Shown: positions 41,830-55,979, counted from the first letter of the stretch. The stretch is 64,000 bases of DNA from Camelus dromedarius (GCF_036321535.1 NC_087447.1:40426001-40490000), one strand, 5' to 3'. The notes: generated by a model from the sequence alone, not told the origin. Translations and numbers: made by a program.

Positions 41830-42560
41830 TCAATAAAAAAACTCAAGCACATGAAAAGATGCTCTATATAATTAGTCATTAAAAATGCAAATTAAAACCA
41901 CAAAGAGATACCAATACACACTTACCATAATGGTCAAAACACTAAACTGAAAAATACTGACATTGCCAAGTACCAAAAGGAGGCAGAACACCTAGAATGC
42001 TTATACACCGCTGAATGGAATGCAAAATGGTACAGCCATTTCAGAATAGAGTTGGGCAGTTTTTTAATGAAGTTAAACATTGACTTACCATAAGAAAACA
42101 TAAGTGTACCAAAAAAGAGGAAAAAAGTCGTACAAAAGTATTTGTGAGAGATTATTCAGAACCACCAAAAACTCAAAACAACCCAAATGTCCATCACCTG
42201 GTAAATGGATAAACAAACCGTGGCATTTGGCAATAAAAAGGAAGCCTACTGATACATGCGATAACATAGATAAACCTCATGGCTTTATGCTGGGTGAAAG
42301 AAGTCAGACTCAAAATGCTACATACTATATGAATTCCAGTTATACAAGGAAAAGACAAAACACGAGGGCAGAAAACAGACCAGTGATTGCAGGGCCTGGA
42401 GGCTGCTTACAAGGGGCATGAGAAAAATTTAAGGTGATAGAGATACTCTGTATCTTGATTGTGGTGGTGGTTATACAAATGTATAAGTTTGTCAAAATTC
42501 ATAAAACTGTGTGCCTTAAAGGGGCAAATTTTACTGTATATAAAGTATACTTCAGTAAAT
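41830..42560 (+). mobile_element. Old L1ME-type 3' end
   Basis: atgcaaattaaaaccaca...tgtatcttgattgtggtggtggtta. Confidence 0.78.
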
Positions 42561-43264
42561 GACTTTTTCAAAGAAGTCTCATTCTAGCTCTTCTACTCCC
42601 TGGCACATTAAGTAAGTTATGAAGATTTTATGGCCTTTGTTTTCCTCACCTATAAATGAAGGAGCTGTAATACCTAGCTACTGCACCCCTTCCAGTGTTA
42701 AATCATATTACTGCATTGCAGGAATATTTTCTGCATCATGTCTATTTTTCTTAGATTTTTAAAAATTATATTTGTGTTATGTTAATAGCAAATAATGTAA
42801 TAGTAAATAAATACTTCAAGACATGAATATAAAATGTCAAAATTAAAGCAATAATATTTCTTAGATGTCTTTTAATAAGAAACTTCATTGTTAGCTATCT
42901 AATTTTTCACCAATTTCCTTTCATTACCACAAAGTACTATAAATAAAGTAATGAGTTATACAACTTGGTTTAAACTTAAAATTAAGGGCAATAAAATTAA
43001 AATACCTAAACACATTAAAGGGTAGACATTTTATATCTATAAACTGAAAGAAATGTATATTAATTCATAATTTATTTATGCTTACTAAAGTAATACATAT
43101 CTTTTACAAGATAAGTCATAAAAAAATTCTACTTTCCAATGTAACCTGGAACTGTGCGTTGTAATCAAGAGCTCCCCTTGGTTAAATATTAAAGTCAATT
43201 TTATTTGGAGCACTGGGGAAATCCTTGGGAAGATTTCATTAATCCCCTAATTAAAAACATTCCT

Positions 43265-44073
43265 CGTGGTGTTTTCAGTTGCTACCACTACTGCGGCAGC
43301 CATCACCAGACTCATCACTCTTTAGCATTAGTACCTCTTCTAGCCTGCTAAGTTGCTGAAAAGGAGGTTAAACAGGGAGTTCTCTACACTACTGTTGCTA
43401 CCAAGCCAATGCCTGTAAACAGTCAGTGGTAAAGCACTCAGTAAAGCAACCAGCTACAAGTCACTCTCAAAAATGTGCCTTACACTGCAAAGGTGAAGAA
43501 ACCACATCATCACAAGCCTTGTATCGTGTGTCTGTGAAAATCAGAAGTATATTGAACTTCCTTCTCACTTGCAAACTTCCCTTCTAGCGTCAAGTGTGAG
43601 AAACTGCCCAGGACTTCAAACCAGATCTACACTACCAACGTGCAGCTGCTGGCAATTTTCTGGAGGCAAATGAGGCCTATCTAGTTAGCCTACTTGAAGA
43701 CATCTACTTGTGTGTTATCCATCAAACACATAACAATTATTCCAAAGGACATCCTGCCAGCATGACTCATATGTGGAAAAGGGAGTTAAGATGCACTATG
43801 ATGGGAAACATTTCATTCTTTAAAAAACAACCAAAAAAAGTACCTAATTATTTGATTTAAAACAACAACAACAACAAAAACAAAAAACCCCAGGCAGGTG
43901 AGAGAATAAGGTATTATAGCAAATTCCCCCTCGCCCTGTTTTCACTTGTGTGTAAATACTAATGTGGTGACATAAAACAGTCATGCAAGTAAACAATGTT
44001 TCAGTGAACAAGTTTTGGCAATTAAACTTTATAACAACTATAAGCTAATCTGTGAGTTCTTCTGTGGAAAAAA
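43265..44073 (+). pseudogene. H3-3A: Old processed pseudogene of histone H3.3 (H3-3A/H3F3A) with 5'UTR, decayed CDS (~43391-43789) and 3'UTR
   Basis: Remnants of GKAPRKQLAT, VKKPH, KLPF, QDFK-DL, EA-EAYLV-L-ED, TI-PKDI. The stop is followed by cactatgatgggaaacatttcattct and aatgtttcagtgaacaagttt, as in the recalled H3F3A 3'UTR. Intronless, start codon lost, frameshifts, short A tract at ~44068-44074. Confidence 0.88.
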
Positions 44074-47000
44074 ATACTTCCCTGTCCCCTAATGTCCACA
44101 CAATATAAATCTAAACTCCTTTTAGGTATACAAAGCCTTCAGAAGTTTGAGACACAAGCTGCCAGAACTACCTTCCCTCACTCAACCCCAGGCACCCCAT
44201 GCACCCACACCAAACTTTTCACCACTTTCTCAAATGCATTACAGACTTTTGTGTTTTAAATGCTCTCTCTCCTAACTAAAAGCTCTCACCTCCTTTTTTA
44301 CCTGGCAATTGAGTCATCTTTTGTGACCTAATTCAAGTACTACATCTCACAAAATCCCCTAGATAAAACTGGCAGCTCCTTCCTCTATAGTCTCACTTTA
44401 CTTCCACAATATATACCTGTCTCATTACATGTCTGTCTGTCCGAGACTACACTAGCATCTAGAACTAGGTCAGATTCCTTATTCATCTTTGATTCTCTGG
44501 TTCTTGGCAGCTACTAACTCAATGCTTAACTTAATAAATTCTACACTATCAGGAGCTGTGGAAATCTACACTAAGAAAAATTAAAGTATATTTATGATGA
44601 AATAAGAATAGGTAATATCTTTTGAAACAAGAAAGAATGTTCACAGTCAAACTTCAATGCTTTGGTTATACTAGAAAACCTCACTTAAGTGATAAACAAG
44701 GTTCATGGTTTTCTTAAAGCTAAACTAAAAGTATAAACCAGTGTATACAGAAAGATTTAAATTCCAAATCTTTCTTCTAAATTATGTCACTTACGGCCTT
44801 TAATTTTTCTCTACTGGAAAGCCACTATATTTATGCCAATATTTGAAAGACTCTGTAAGTATTATAGCAGTCAATTACACAGCATCAAACCTAAAGCACA
44901 ATCAATAACTGACAAAAACAGACATTTTAATTGGTTTTTCTATCCATATCATATCCATATCCATAACTCTGGTTATATTCCAAAGTTTTAGAAAATCAGA
45001 ATTATCAAATATATAAAGTTCTCTCAGAAACTATTCTTAATATGGATCCTGCTTTAAAATAACATTTCACACAATCTTATAAACAAGTAACTTGTTGATC
45101 TAGTAAGTTTTTTTGACAAATATACAAAGCCAATTTTTCTCAGGATCTCATTAGACTCAAAAATTTATTTTTAATAATTGTATTTTGTTACATGTTTCAA
45201 TTCTCAAAAAGCAGTAAGAACAGGTCTTACTTGATGATATAAAAGAAACTGTCAAATCTAACAATCATTTAGGATTTATGCTGACAGGACATAAGAAGAT
45301 CTGTAACTTCAAACAACTAAACATATTTAATGACTAAAATATGACTTCATTTTTTATTTAATTAATAAATGTTTATTGGACAACAATAATATGCAGCACA
45401 TTGTGCTGACCCCTAGGGAAAATACAGGATGAAGGTGATAACAGTAATGACGGTAGTAACATTTATTATGATAGGCAACATTTACAAAGTTTATTAAGTG
45501 TATTAAGTCATTTAATGTTCTCAACAACTCTAGGAAGTAGTTACTAGTATCCTCATTTAACTTAGCTACTGAGAGGTTAAGTAACTTGCCCAAGGTCACA
45601 AAGCTGGTAATAGGCACTCTGACTGTTGTGTCCCGACTTTGAAGAGCTCCTAATTAAATAAAGGTATTAACTTACAATAAAGGAATATAATTTTTCAAAT
45701 GCCAAAAGGTACAGTGTTACGGGATTTCAAGGTTAAAAAGCTGCACTTAGTAAGAAGGGCTAGATTTTGCTGACTAGATAGGATTTTAAGAACTTGTTTA
45801 AAAAAAAAAAACTCAAAATTCAAGACGTATATATCAGTAATATTTAGAAAAACAGTAATGTCTCAGCCATGGGTTGCAGCATCAGTTTTATGTCAATGAC
45901 AGTGTTCATATCCATGGCTACTTTAGGTATGCTTGGTTCAGTTTAGTTCCACTAAACAAAAGGCTAGGGCAATTATTACTGCTCCCAGACCTAGAGACAA
46001 AGTAAACAGAAGTATACTGTAGGGAAGAGAGGAGACATCTGTTTACTTACACTACACCTATATCCATCCCTTCTTTCATTACACCAATAGAAAACCAGGC
46101 TCAGAAGAAATACACATTCTTGAACAATCTTGGTATGAGAAAAATCACATTGTTTTTGCCAATCATTTGTCATCACCGCCAATCACAATCATTTTCCCAA
46201 AGACTTTTTAAAATGGAGAATGTCAGTACAAAAATTAGACTTTAAGCAGCAATATCTAGACAGAACACTTAAAAATCACAGTAATAAAACTCATAAAAGA
46301 ATATGCCTCTGCATATCATGACATTTATCATGTTGCCTGAACTGAAGAAGGTCCTTAATACTAATGAATAAGTTTTTCAAGCAGATGTCTTCTGGAACCT
46401 TAATTTACAATAGGTACTTAAATACATATTTAACTCTATGCTTTTCACAACCCCCTATTTTTAATACAATCTTTTCTTTCAACTTGGGCTATGATGGTGA
46501 TGGTACGCTAATACTCTGTAAATGTACTAAGCCTCTTCTATTTTGGCAAAAAAATTACAATATCTGGCTGTAAGCCGCAAAACATTTACGCGACTAATCC
46601 AAAAAACTGGAAAATAAAAAAGAGGCAAGAATCCTAAAAAAGTACTTAAGAAGGTATTTAAATATTAGTTTTCATGTAAAATCAAAGTTCACCCACTTAA
46701 AACTTCCTAGAAACCAGATGTTAAAAAAAGATTTCATATCACTGACTCAGGGCAAGGGCACAGAAGTAACATGTGAAAGCATATAGCACACCAGGGAACA
46801 GCAAATAATGCAGTCGAATGTGGCTAAAACAAAATCGGCTTGGAGCAGAAGACAACAGAAACATTAAGAATTTCTGGTTATAGAGGACAGACTGAATACA
46901 AGCATTTAGCTCTAAAGCTTCTCAAAATACCTCTGAAACAGGAGGAAAGAAATTTTTTAAAGAGCATAAATCTATAGGAAACCAGAAACAATTTTAGAAT

Positions 47001-47179
47001 CTGGAAACAGAACAAGAGGTAATAACAATTACACCTGAGAAGGTTGAAACCTACATTAGCCTAGATTAAAAAAAAACAAGACACCTGGTTTATATTATTT
47101 ACATTTACACCAAAAGACCCCTAAACTTTTTGGAGAAGTGGATGATTGCAAGGTTGGGGCAAGGCAAATACAAAATGTG

Positions 47180-48150
47180 TTGAAGCATTATGTGGTGCCA
47201 CAAAGAAAGGAAGTGCTCAAAAAGCAAGAGTGAGCCCAGACACTAACCAGAAAGAGCTCCCCCTGGCCAAAATTGGAACAGTTTGAGCGACAAAAAAAAT
47301 AACAAAAGTATTGGGTTATAATCCAAAGAATAAAATAAATAACCATAAGTCTATAATGACATAAATAAATAAGAAAATTAATGAGGGAGAAGGGAAAATT
47401 CTTCCTCACAAAAGAATTTCAATTAATAAATGTAGAAATAATGAGGGAAATAGAGAATCACTCTTCAAATGCAACAGTAACAAGAACTATAGATGGATTC
47501 TAAAATTAGTCGGCAGAAGTTCAAGCAGAAATAGGATATCCACAGAGTATCAAAGTACAAAAATTAGTAATTATTAAAGAGGAATATGGTAACTTTACAG
47601 TGGAGAAACCTAGCAGAACTCCCTGAACTAAGTGATCAAAGGCTAGCAGCACCAGCAGTACACACCAGCATCATGTCCTCCCACCCCCTCCAAGGGATAC
47701 ACTGAGAAGGACAAATCACGTCTGTGATATCCTTCTCTTTAATTCATAACTTCAGTTAATCATGAGAAAATATCAGACAAACCCAAATTGAGGAACATTA
47801 TACAAAATAACCAGCCAATACTGTTCAAAAGTATCAAGGTCATGAAAGAAAAGTCTGAGAAACTGTCACAGATAAACACAAACTAAGAAAACATGACAAC
47901 AAAATACAATGTGGAATCCTGAATTAATCCCTGGGTTAAAAAAGAACAAGAACATTAGTGGAAAAACTAGTCAAATATGAAAAAATTCTATAGTATAATT
48001 AATAGTATTGTACCAAGGTTAATTTCTTCCTTTTGATAGGCATTCCATGGTTAAATAAGACGTTAATATAAGAAGCTTGGTGAAGAGTATATGGGAACTC
48101 TCTATTCTTTTTGCAAGTCTTCTATAAAAAAAATTTAAAGTAAAAAGAAA
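47180..48150 (+). mobile_element. Old L1MC/MD-type 3' end inside a larger decayed L1/HAL1-like tract (~46.87-50.5 kb)
   Basis: tcagacaaacccaaattgaggaacatt...gacattagtggaaaaact; similar to 59108-59520. Confidence 0.7.
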
Positions 48151-49242
48151 ATAAAAAACCTAAAAGGCTCAGGAACTAGTAGTTTCAGATACTCTGGGAG
48201 CAGGAATGGATCCAAACTAGAATAAGAAATTGAAGTCTGCTTAAGAAGCAATTAGAATCCTCCGATCCTCTCTCTTCTACTCTTTGATCCTTCCTGGCAA
48301 AAGATTAAACAGTCTAAGGAGAGCATAAAACAGAGTATTTCTGGAATACAGGATACCAGGTTTAACTGAATCTGAGAGTTGCTATACTGAAAACTGGGGA
48401 ATTAAATAAAAGTATATCATGTACTTTATGATGAAACCCACATTCCTTTTTCCTACTCAGCTCCCAAGCTTGTTCTCTCCAAGCAAAAGATTGGAACTCT
48501 TTTCTGGGAAATCAATCCGGCACAAGAGATTCTAGAAGAAAATTATTCAGACGTAACAACATACATGGGAGCCCATAATAACCCACCGGCAGAGCTTCCA
48601 CTCAGCTTTTTAAGGCCCCTCTTTTAAATAAGCTGACTTCCAAGGCTCACCAGACTTATAAGAAAAGCATCTAATATGAAAGACAAAGTCCAACGCAAAC
48701 AAACAGAAAAAGGAAATTTGGAGGAAAGAGAGAATATGCAGAGATGAAAACTACCAATAATTTCCTAAGACAGTTAAGACACTGCATCCGTAAAACAAAA
48801 ATAGGATATTATTTAATAAAACTTTAGGAAAAAAAAAAAGAGTACTTGTTAATTACAAACCTGATAGCAGAAATAATGCATCAGAAGAACTGGAAAATAA
48901 AGCTGAGAAAACTCTCCCAGAAAGCAGGAGAAAAAGAAATGGAAAATAGATACAAACACAGAAGAAAGTTAGAGAAACCAGTCACTAGGCCTAATGCTTA
49001 ATACCTCAACAATAGGAATTCGAAAGAGAGAACAGAGAAAACGAAAGGGAAAAAAGCAAGGAAATTATTTAAGAAAATTTCCCAGGACTGATTAAATAAA
49101 TTCCAGACTGAATAAGACTACCCCGAACCCAGTAGAAACGGATATAAACAGACCTTCTTTTCACATATTACAGGAATTTCAGAACTCTAGGGAAAAAGAT
49201 TCTCCAAGCTTCCACAGAGGAAAAATAATATTCAAAATAGTG

Positions 49243-49386
49243 GAGGGAGGGTATATAGCTCAGTGGTAGAGTGCATGTTTACCATGCACGAGGTCCTGGG
49301 TTCAATTCCCAGTACCTCCACTAAAAATAGTAATTAAAAATAAATAAATGAAAATAAACCTAATTACCTACCCCCCACCAGAATAA
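49243..49386 (+). mobile_element. tRNA-derived SINE
   Basis: tagctcagtggtagagtgcatg...gggttcaattcccagtacctcca; TSD aaaatagtgga. Confidence 0.9.
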
Positions 49387-49814
49387 AAAATAGTGGAAAA
49401 GAACTTTCTAGGTATCTGATGTCTCAACAGCAATACTGAAAAAAAAGGTGACAATGGAGCAATGTTTTCAAAATTCTGAGAGAAAAGTATTTCTAACCGA
49501 GAAGTCTCTGTCCTGCCAATTGATAAAGCAAGAGGGTAGGAACAACATTTTCAGACATGTGAAGTCTCGAAAAAATTATATCCCATCCATAAAAGCTACT
49601 TAAGTGGTCCTCCAAAATGAGAAAGCAAAGAAAGATGAAGACATCAGATACAGAACCAGGAGCTCTAATACTAGAAAGAGCGGAGGGAAATACTAAAATG
49701 ATTGTAAAGGCAAATTTAAGACAACAGTTGCAATTCAAGGAAATTCATCAAAAAGTTGACAGGTTTGAACATAATAAGGAAGAGATTTATACACTTGAGG
49801 GTCTGAATTAAATC

Positions 49815-50012
49815 GGGGTTTCTCAACAACGGAACTATTGACATTCTGGGCCACACAATTCTTTGTTGTGGGAGGCTGTCCTGTGCAGTGTAGGATAATG
49901 TGTGGCAGCACAGCTGGCTTATGCTCACTAGGTATCAGTAACACACTCCTGCCCTCCCTAACCTACCAATCATCACCAATATCCTCTGGGTTGCCCCGAG
50001 CTGAGAACCACT
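49815..50012. mobile_element. MER20-like hAT DNA transposon fossil
   Basis: ggtttctcaac...actattgacatt.tgggcc...gctgtcctgtgca.tgtagga...tgagaaccact (TIR-like ends). Confidence 0.8.
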
Positions 50013-52879
50013 TGGCTATATTAATGGTAAGTACAAAGAAAACAAAGCAAAAGCAAATTTTTAGAAAATATTATCTAATAGAAAACAAAACGCTATACAG
50101 GAAGGGAAAACAATCACAGTAAACTACATGGTTCAACTATGAAGAGTTTTTAGTCACATTGATACAAATTTTGAAAATCAATGTATCCAAATAACTTGCA
50201 ATGTGACTATTGGAACAACTGAGCAGAATTGAGAGGTGTGTCTGTGTGTTTGAGAACAGTGGTAAATTGAATCTTCACTGTGGGAAATCAGTAGAGAATC
50301 CCTTAACCTGAAAGATCAAGAAGGAAAACCATAAGCATACTATTTTGAGATGCAGAGATAAATATCAAAAGAATAAACTGAAAGAGGTTGCCTCTGGAGA
50401 GCCGGAAATGAAGAGGAGGAAGAATCTGCAGAGGACTCCTGTTTTGTAAATAGTCCTGCAGAGCTCTTCAACTCTTAAACATGTGCATATATAACTTTGA
50501 CAAAAAATAATTTTTAAAGATCAATTGAGGCTATATTATGAAGGACTCTCCTACTGGTTAAGGACACACTCATTTAGAATCAAAAAGCTATACAACTTTG
50601 AGCCAGTTACTTACTCTTTAAGCCTTACTTTCTTCACCCACAAAATAGATAATGAAAGATAATAACTGCCTTAAAGGGCTGTTACAGACATTAAATGAGA
50701 TAAGTGTATAAGTTGTTTAGCACAGTGTCTGGCACATAGTGTTTATAAATAGTTCCTAGCATTCAATTTGCCATCAGAGTGTATCAATTATACACTTAAC
50801 ACAAGTAGTCATAATCTCAGGTGTTTTAGAAAGCAATGGCAGTTGTGGGGAGGGTAGCTAGGGGAAAAAAAGAGCTAGATGCACAGAGACCATTTAGAAG
50901 GGCTACATTTGAATGAGACAATAGAGGTACAGAGAGAAAGGTAATAGTACAAGAGACATTTTCCAAGTGATGATCTAACTACACATGAGAAAAAGGGGGA
51001 AAAAAGTTCCATGTCAAGCAAATAAATAGCCGGTGATGACACTAACTGAACAAGAGAACACAGAGAAAGATGTTGGGAGGAGGACATGAGAATTGAGAGG
51101 GGAAAGAAGAGAAATGAAGTTGATATTACACATTTAATTTGTGGGTCCTAGAGTACAACGAAGTAGAGATATCCAGTAAGCAGGTGGAAATTTGATACTA
51201 GAAGAGACGTCACAGCTGAAGATATAAATGTGTAAATTACAATCAAAGGTTAAAGCCATACAAATTAAAAGAATATTTCAGTTGACAATACTACCAAAAA
51301 AAAATATACAACAAGGATGAAAAACAAGATGTTTTATGTTTTGGGGGCTCTCAGTATCAATGGCCCTTATATAGTTATAAGGTCTTTGTGAAGTTCAAAT
51401 GAGTTAATCACACAAAGGATATACAACAGTACTTGACATATAATAAATGCTCAATAAATTTTGGTTATTACTACCATCACTAGTTCTAGACGAAAGTAGT
51501 GCTTATTGCATGGAAAACAAAAGCAGAAAAAAATCCACTGAGATAGGGAACAACATATTCTTTCTTTTTCTTTCATTTTTCCATCCTCTCTACATTTATA
51601 TACTTCTTGACCGCCACTTTAAGTACTGTAGTGAAAGTATTACCTTAAAAGCATTAGTAATATGTATACTATCCTTAATTATACAATAAGATACTAAAGG
51701 GAAGAATGAATTTTTCTATTTCTTCTAAATATTCCCTATATGGCATAGAACAATAATACAGTCAGTATTCAACAAATATTAATGTCACAAATCTGTAAAA
51801 GGAAATAGAATAAAAACAACAAAGCAATAAATAAAATTGGGATAATATTAAAAGCAAGAGATCTCAAATATCAATATACAACAATTTAAAGACATGTAGA
51901 GTGAAAAAATGAGGTGAAAAGCTTTGTTGTTAACCACAAAGAACAGATCACACTCTCTTTGCTCTTCTCTGGGTACAATTTAGGAGGAATACTAAAAACA
52001 CTGGATTATGTCTAAAAAAGAGCAACCGAGAAACAGTTAAAGAACTAAGGATGCTTACTTACACTGTACAACAGAGAAGGTTGGCCCTTCTGCTCCCCTC
52101 CCCTCAACTTCAACAATGAAAAAAAGGTATCCTGTGGAAAATGGTTTAAGATTTCTCTGTTGTCCAGAGGCTTCTATCAAAAGATGGCAGCTATAGAGAT
52201 CTAAACGTCTTTCCACTCAAAAACTTAAAATAACAGATCTCTTCTAAGACAAAGATGTTATCAGAGATTACTCATGAAGGTATTCAAGCAAAGGCTGGAA
52301 AACAGCTTGCCAAGGATGCTGTGGAAAATATTCAAGCAGGGATAATTGGTTAGAATTCTAAGTTTCCTTGAAACCCTGTAATCACACCAACGAATATTAC
52401 TGAATATCTGCTTCAGTAAGGACACTGTCCTAGACTTATAATACATACTAAAAAGAGAGAGAGAGAAACACACAAAGATCTCTGCTGTCAAGAAATCCAT
52501 AATGAATAATAATAAAATACAGTTTGAGACAATAATAGATATCACAAAGCACTATGTATTAATTGCCAAATGAATACTATTCATATATAAGTCTTTTAAG
52601 AAGGCGAAATCCTCAAGGTTAAAATGGTCAGAAAAAGCTTTTTAGAATAAATGATGAGGGACTTATGGAAAAATGTGCATAAAGGTTCTGAACTGATGAA
52701 CAAGAGGAGGAAAGAGGAGACAGCACAAATAGAAGTGAAAAGCAAGTCAGAGAGAAACCTGTTTGGCTGCATTAAAAAGGAGGAAGAAGAGATAAGCTGG
52801 AAGGGTGGACTGTGAGAATCAAACTGTTCTAGGCCTTGAACACCAAGCTAAGAAGTTTCAAATTTATCCTGCATACAGC

Positions 52880-53127
52880 ATCTTTATCAACTACTCAGCT
52901 CTGCTGTAGCCACAGACAATAGTAAATTAATGGGCATGGCTGCATTCCAATAAAACTTTACTTATCAATACCGACATTTACATTTCACATATTTCCAGGT
53001 GTCACAAATTATTATTTTGATCTTTTCCCAACAATGTGAAAACATAAAACTCATTCTTGACTTATGGGCCATACAAAACAAGCTGTGGGCTGAATTTGGC
53101 CCAGGGACTGTAGTTTGCCAAGCCTTG
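52880..53127. mobile_element. MER58-like hAT fossil
   Basis: aactactcagctctgc...gggcatggctg..ttccaataaaacttta...tttggccc...tgtagtttgcc. Confidence 0.8.
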
Positions 53128-55690
53128 TATTACACTAAGCTGTCTTCTTCAGCAATTTTCTAAGGTACATTTGTCCTTGAACTTCAGGAACAAGAACAAT
53201 ATATTATTCACTCAACTTCACATACTTAACCAAGATCTAAATCTACTAGGGGTCAGATGTTCCCTGAAGGAAAAAAAAAACCAAAAAACAAAAAAAAACC
53301 TCCAAACTGTTGATAATAAGCCATTAGAACAGAAGCAAGATTTTTTAATTCCGTAATTTATTTTCACATAGTACATGTATTTAGTTACAAACTATTCTTA
53401 CAGAGTCTCTAGGTTACATGGAGGGATCTGAAAATAGAGTATAATTAAGATGATGTGAGTTCTAGTCCTAACTTTGTCATTTACTCATTATGTGACCCTG
53501 AACAAGTCACTTTCAATCCTCTGGCCCTAATTTCCTCATCTGAAAAAGTGAAGGGGTATAAATCACTAGATGATCACTATGAGCTCTCGGCGTTAGTACC
53601 ATATGATTCTACTCCTACTTAAAAAGGCCAGGAGTTGACAAACAACAGGCAAAAGTGATAATTAAGGACACAGAAAAGAGAAAGACATTGACTAAATGAG
53701 GGGGCAGAAAGGACAAACAGGTGGGGAAAAAGGCCTCAAAGTACACAATATTATTAAAATCAAGGATTTTTTTTTAAGTATCAAATGAAAATGAAAATTC
53801 AAGGAAGAGAAGCAAGCAAGAATTCAAGAAGAGGAGGATAGCCATCAAAAAAGAATGAGCTAGTTAGCTAGCTAAAAAAGGCAAGGATTTCAAGTGACAG
53901 ACTTGAGATTTTAGAGTACTGTACATGCTTCCAGGTATCATGAAAGGAGCCAGGGAAAAAAATAAGACTGAAGATGAGTCTAGGGAATAGAAAATAAAGG
54001 AATATGGTCCAGAAAAAGGAGAAAAAAAGTCAAGATGAGCTTGAAGCCTCAGGTGAGGGAGTTAGTCTTAAAGGAGAGGCATTTAACCTTTAAAATCCAA
54101 AAGGTAAAAGCAACATTGCAGTATTGGTTTTTACACAATAGATACATTCTTGTGAAGGTGTAAACTCATATTATAGTCTATAAGTCACATTGTTAAGGAA
54201 ATAAATCTAATGTTGGGTTTTCTTAAAACAAAGTTCCACCTATATTTTCTAAAGGTCAAAAAATTAAGAAAGGACTGACTTTGTTTTCCATAGGAATGAA
54301 AATCAACACTACGTAGCTCTAAAAGAAAATGTATGTTTACATGTCTCTTACAGCACCTATCACTTCCACCCTTGCGTGAGAGTTACTTATGCAGAAAAAG
54401 TACCTAGCCTCTAATTGGAGTTAGATGAATACTAGTGTTATCTTTCCTAGTAGCTCTGAAAGCTCCAAAAGCAAGAATTCTGATTAATTCATCTGTTTAT
54501 TTTATTCGCTTTGCAGAGCTGGTGATGCTTGATGAATAAATAGACCCATGATAACTGAGTCTTTAAAAAAAACTGTCCTTGCAAAACAATCATCTGATAA
54601 AGTTGGGAAAATATTCCTATCGTGTTATACAACTCCAGTATCACTTTTGCAGTGTCAGAGTTTGCTCAAGCCACAACAAATTGCTACAAAGTAACCAAAA
54701 AAAGCAAAAAAAAAAAAAAATTAAGAGTTTTTAATGAACATCACTCATAAACATCAAGATCCAACATAGCTAATTTCAACCGACACCTGCCTCTATTTAA
54801 GGTATATGAGAAATAAAAATCCAAAGCATTCGCCTGATGATCAACCAGTTAAAAATACACGTTTGGATACGCTGAAGATATTTATAAAGCTAACAGAGAT
54901 ACTATTAATATATTGAAATTCACTGGCTAGTGCTGGATTCTACCATTAATCTTCTACTACTATTCAAGAGAAGCCAAGAAGTCAAGGTTTCTCATATCAC
55001 TTGCTTTTAAGAATTTAAGGAGTCACTGAAACTGGCATACACAACCCAACTACAAAAAGTAGTTCAGCTCTCCATATGGTAATGCTTCCCTATCTCTTAC
55101 CTTTACGTGAAAGTCACATTCACTACTTTTCAGCGATCTTCGGTAGGCCCCACTGAGGCAGGCCCATAGTACTACCAAGTAAGTAACAGTTCAAAAAAGT
55201 CGTAACAGTTAACTGCCCTCCCACAGAGCTCAAGTTGGGTGTAGATTTCACAAGCCCTGAAAGCTATACACTGCCACTGTCAAAACCAGAAGCAGCACCG
55301 TCACCCTGTCGTGCCCATCAGCAACTGTTTCAGATTTTTTTCTCTGAAATTGCCTATCTTGGCTCGACATGTTAAATAAGTACTTAAAAGGCCACTTTCT
55401 CCCCCGAAAGCAGGACCTGATTCCTTCCAGTCCGCGCCTTTATTTCTCCAGCCCCGCAAACCCGAGGGGAGAGGTCTCCGCTGCCCTGGCCCCCGCAGGT
55501 CCAGTCGAGTCTCCCAACTGCTCGCCGCACCCACCATGTACCCCCCACCACCACCACCACCACACACCTCCACCTTCCCCTACAGGCGGCCCGGCACAGG
55601 AGCTGGGCCCGCAGCCTGACCCTCGCCCCGGCCTGCGCTGCGTGGAGCGGCCACAGGCCTCGGGCCTAGCCTCCTCCGCCAGCCCCTCAC

Positions 55691-55729
55691 CTCCTTCGGG
55701 ACCAGTTGGTTCTCCTCGCCGGGCACCAT
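55691..55729 (-). CDS. USP47: USP47 coding exon 1 (MVPGEENQLVPKE), ends in phase 0
   Basis: Minus strand reads GCG ATG GTG CCC GGC GAG GAG AAC CAA CTG GTC CCG AAG GAG|gtgag. Strong Kozak context, inside the CpG island, and matches the recalled USP47 N-terminus. Confidence 0.97.
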
Positions 55730-55795
55730 CGCTCAGACTCCGGCCGCTCCTCTCCGCCCTGCGGGGGAGGGGGAGGGTGGCGGCGGCTCTCTAGC

Positions 55796-55822
55796 TCAGG
55801 AGAGAACGGCAGCGGCAGTCAT
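55796..55822 (-). other. Upstream ORF MTAAAVLS* in the putative USP47 5'UTR
   Basis: AGG ATG ACT GCC GCT GCC GTT CTC TCC TGA, ending 66 nt before the main ATG. Requires a TSS upstream of 55822. Confidence 0.55.
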
Positions 55823-55979
55823 CCTCTCCAGTGCTTGCGCTCGGGCTACCACGGAGGCCTCAGCCTGGGCCTCAGACACCAGCGCGCAGACACCGATCCA
55901 AAGCTCCGCCGCCGCCGCTGCTGCCGCCGCCGTCGCCTTCGTCGTCGGCCCCTCCCCCCAGCCCGCTGCAATCAATGGA

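Noticed and set aside
49243..49321. tRNA-Ala-like sequences here and at the seven other SINE loci as tRNA genes
   Set aside because: A-rich tails, TSDs, extended 5' ends and broken stems show they are SINE copies.
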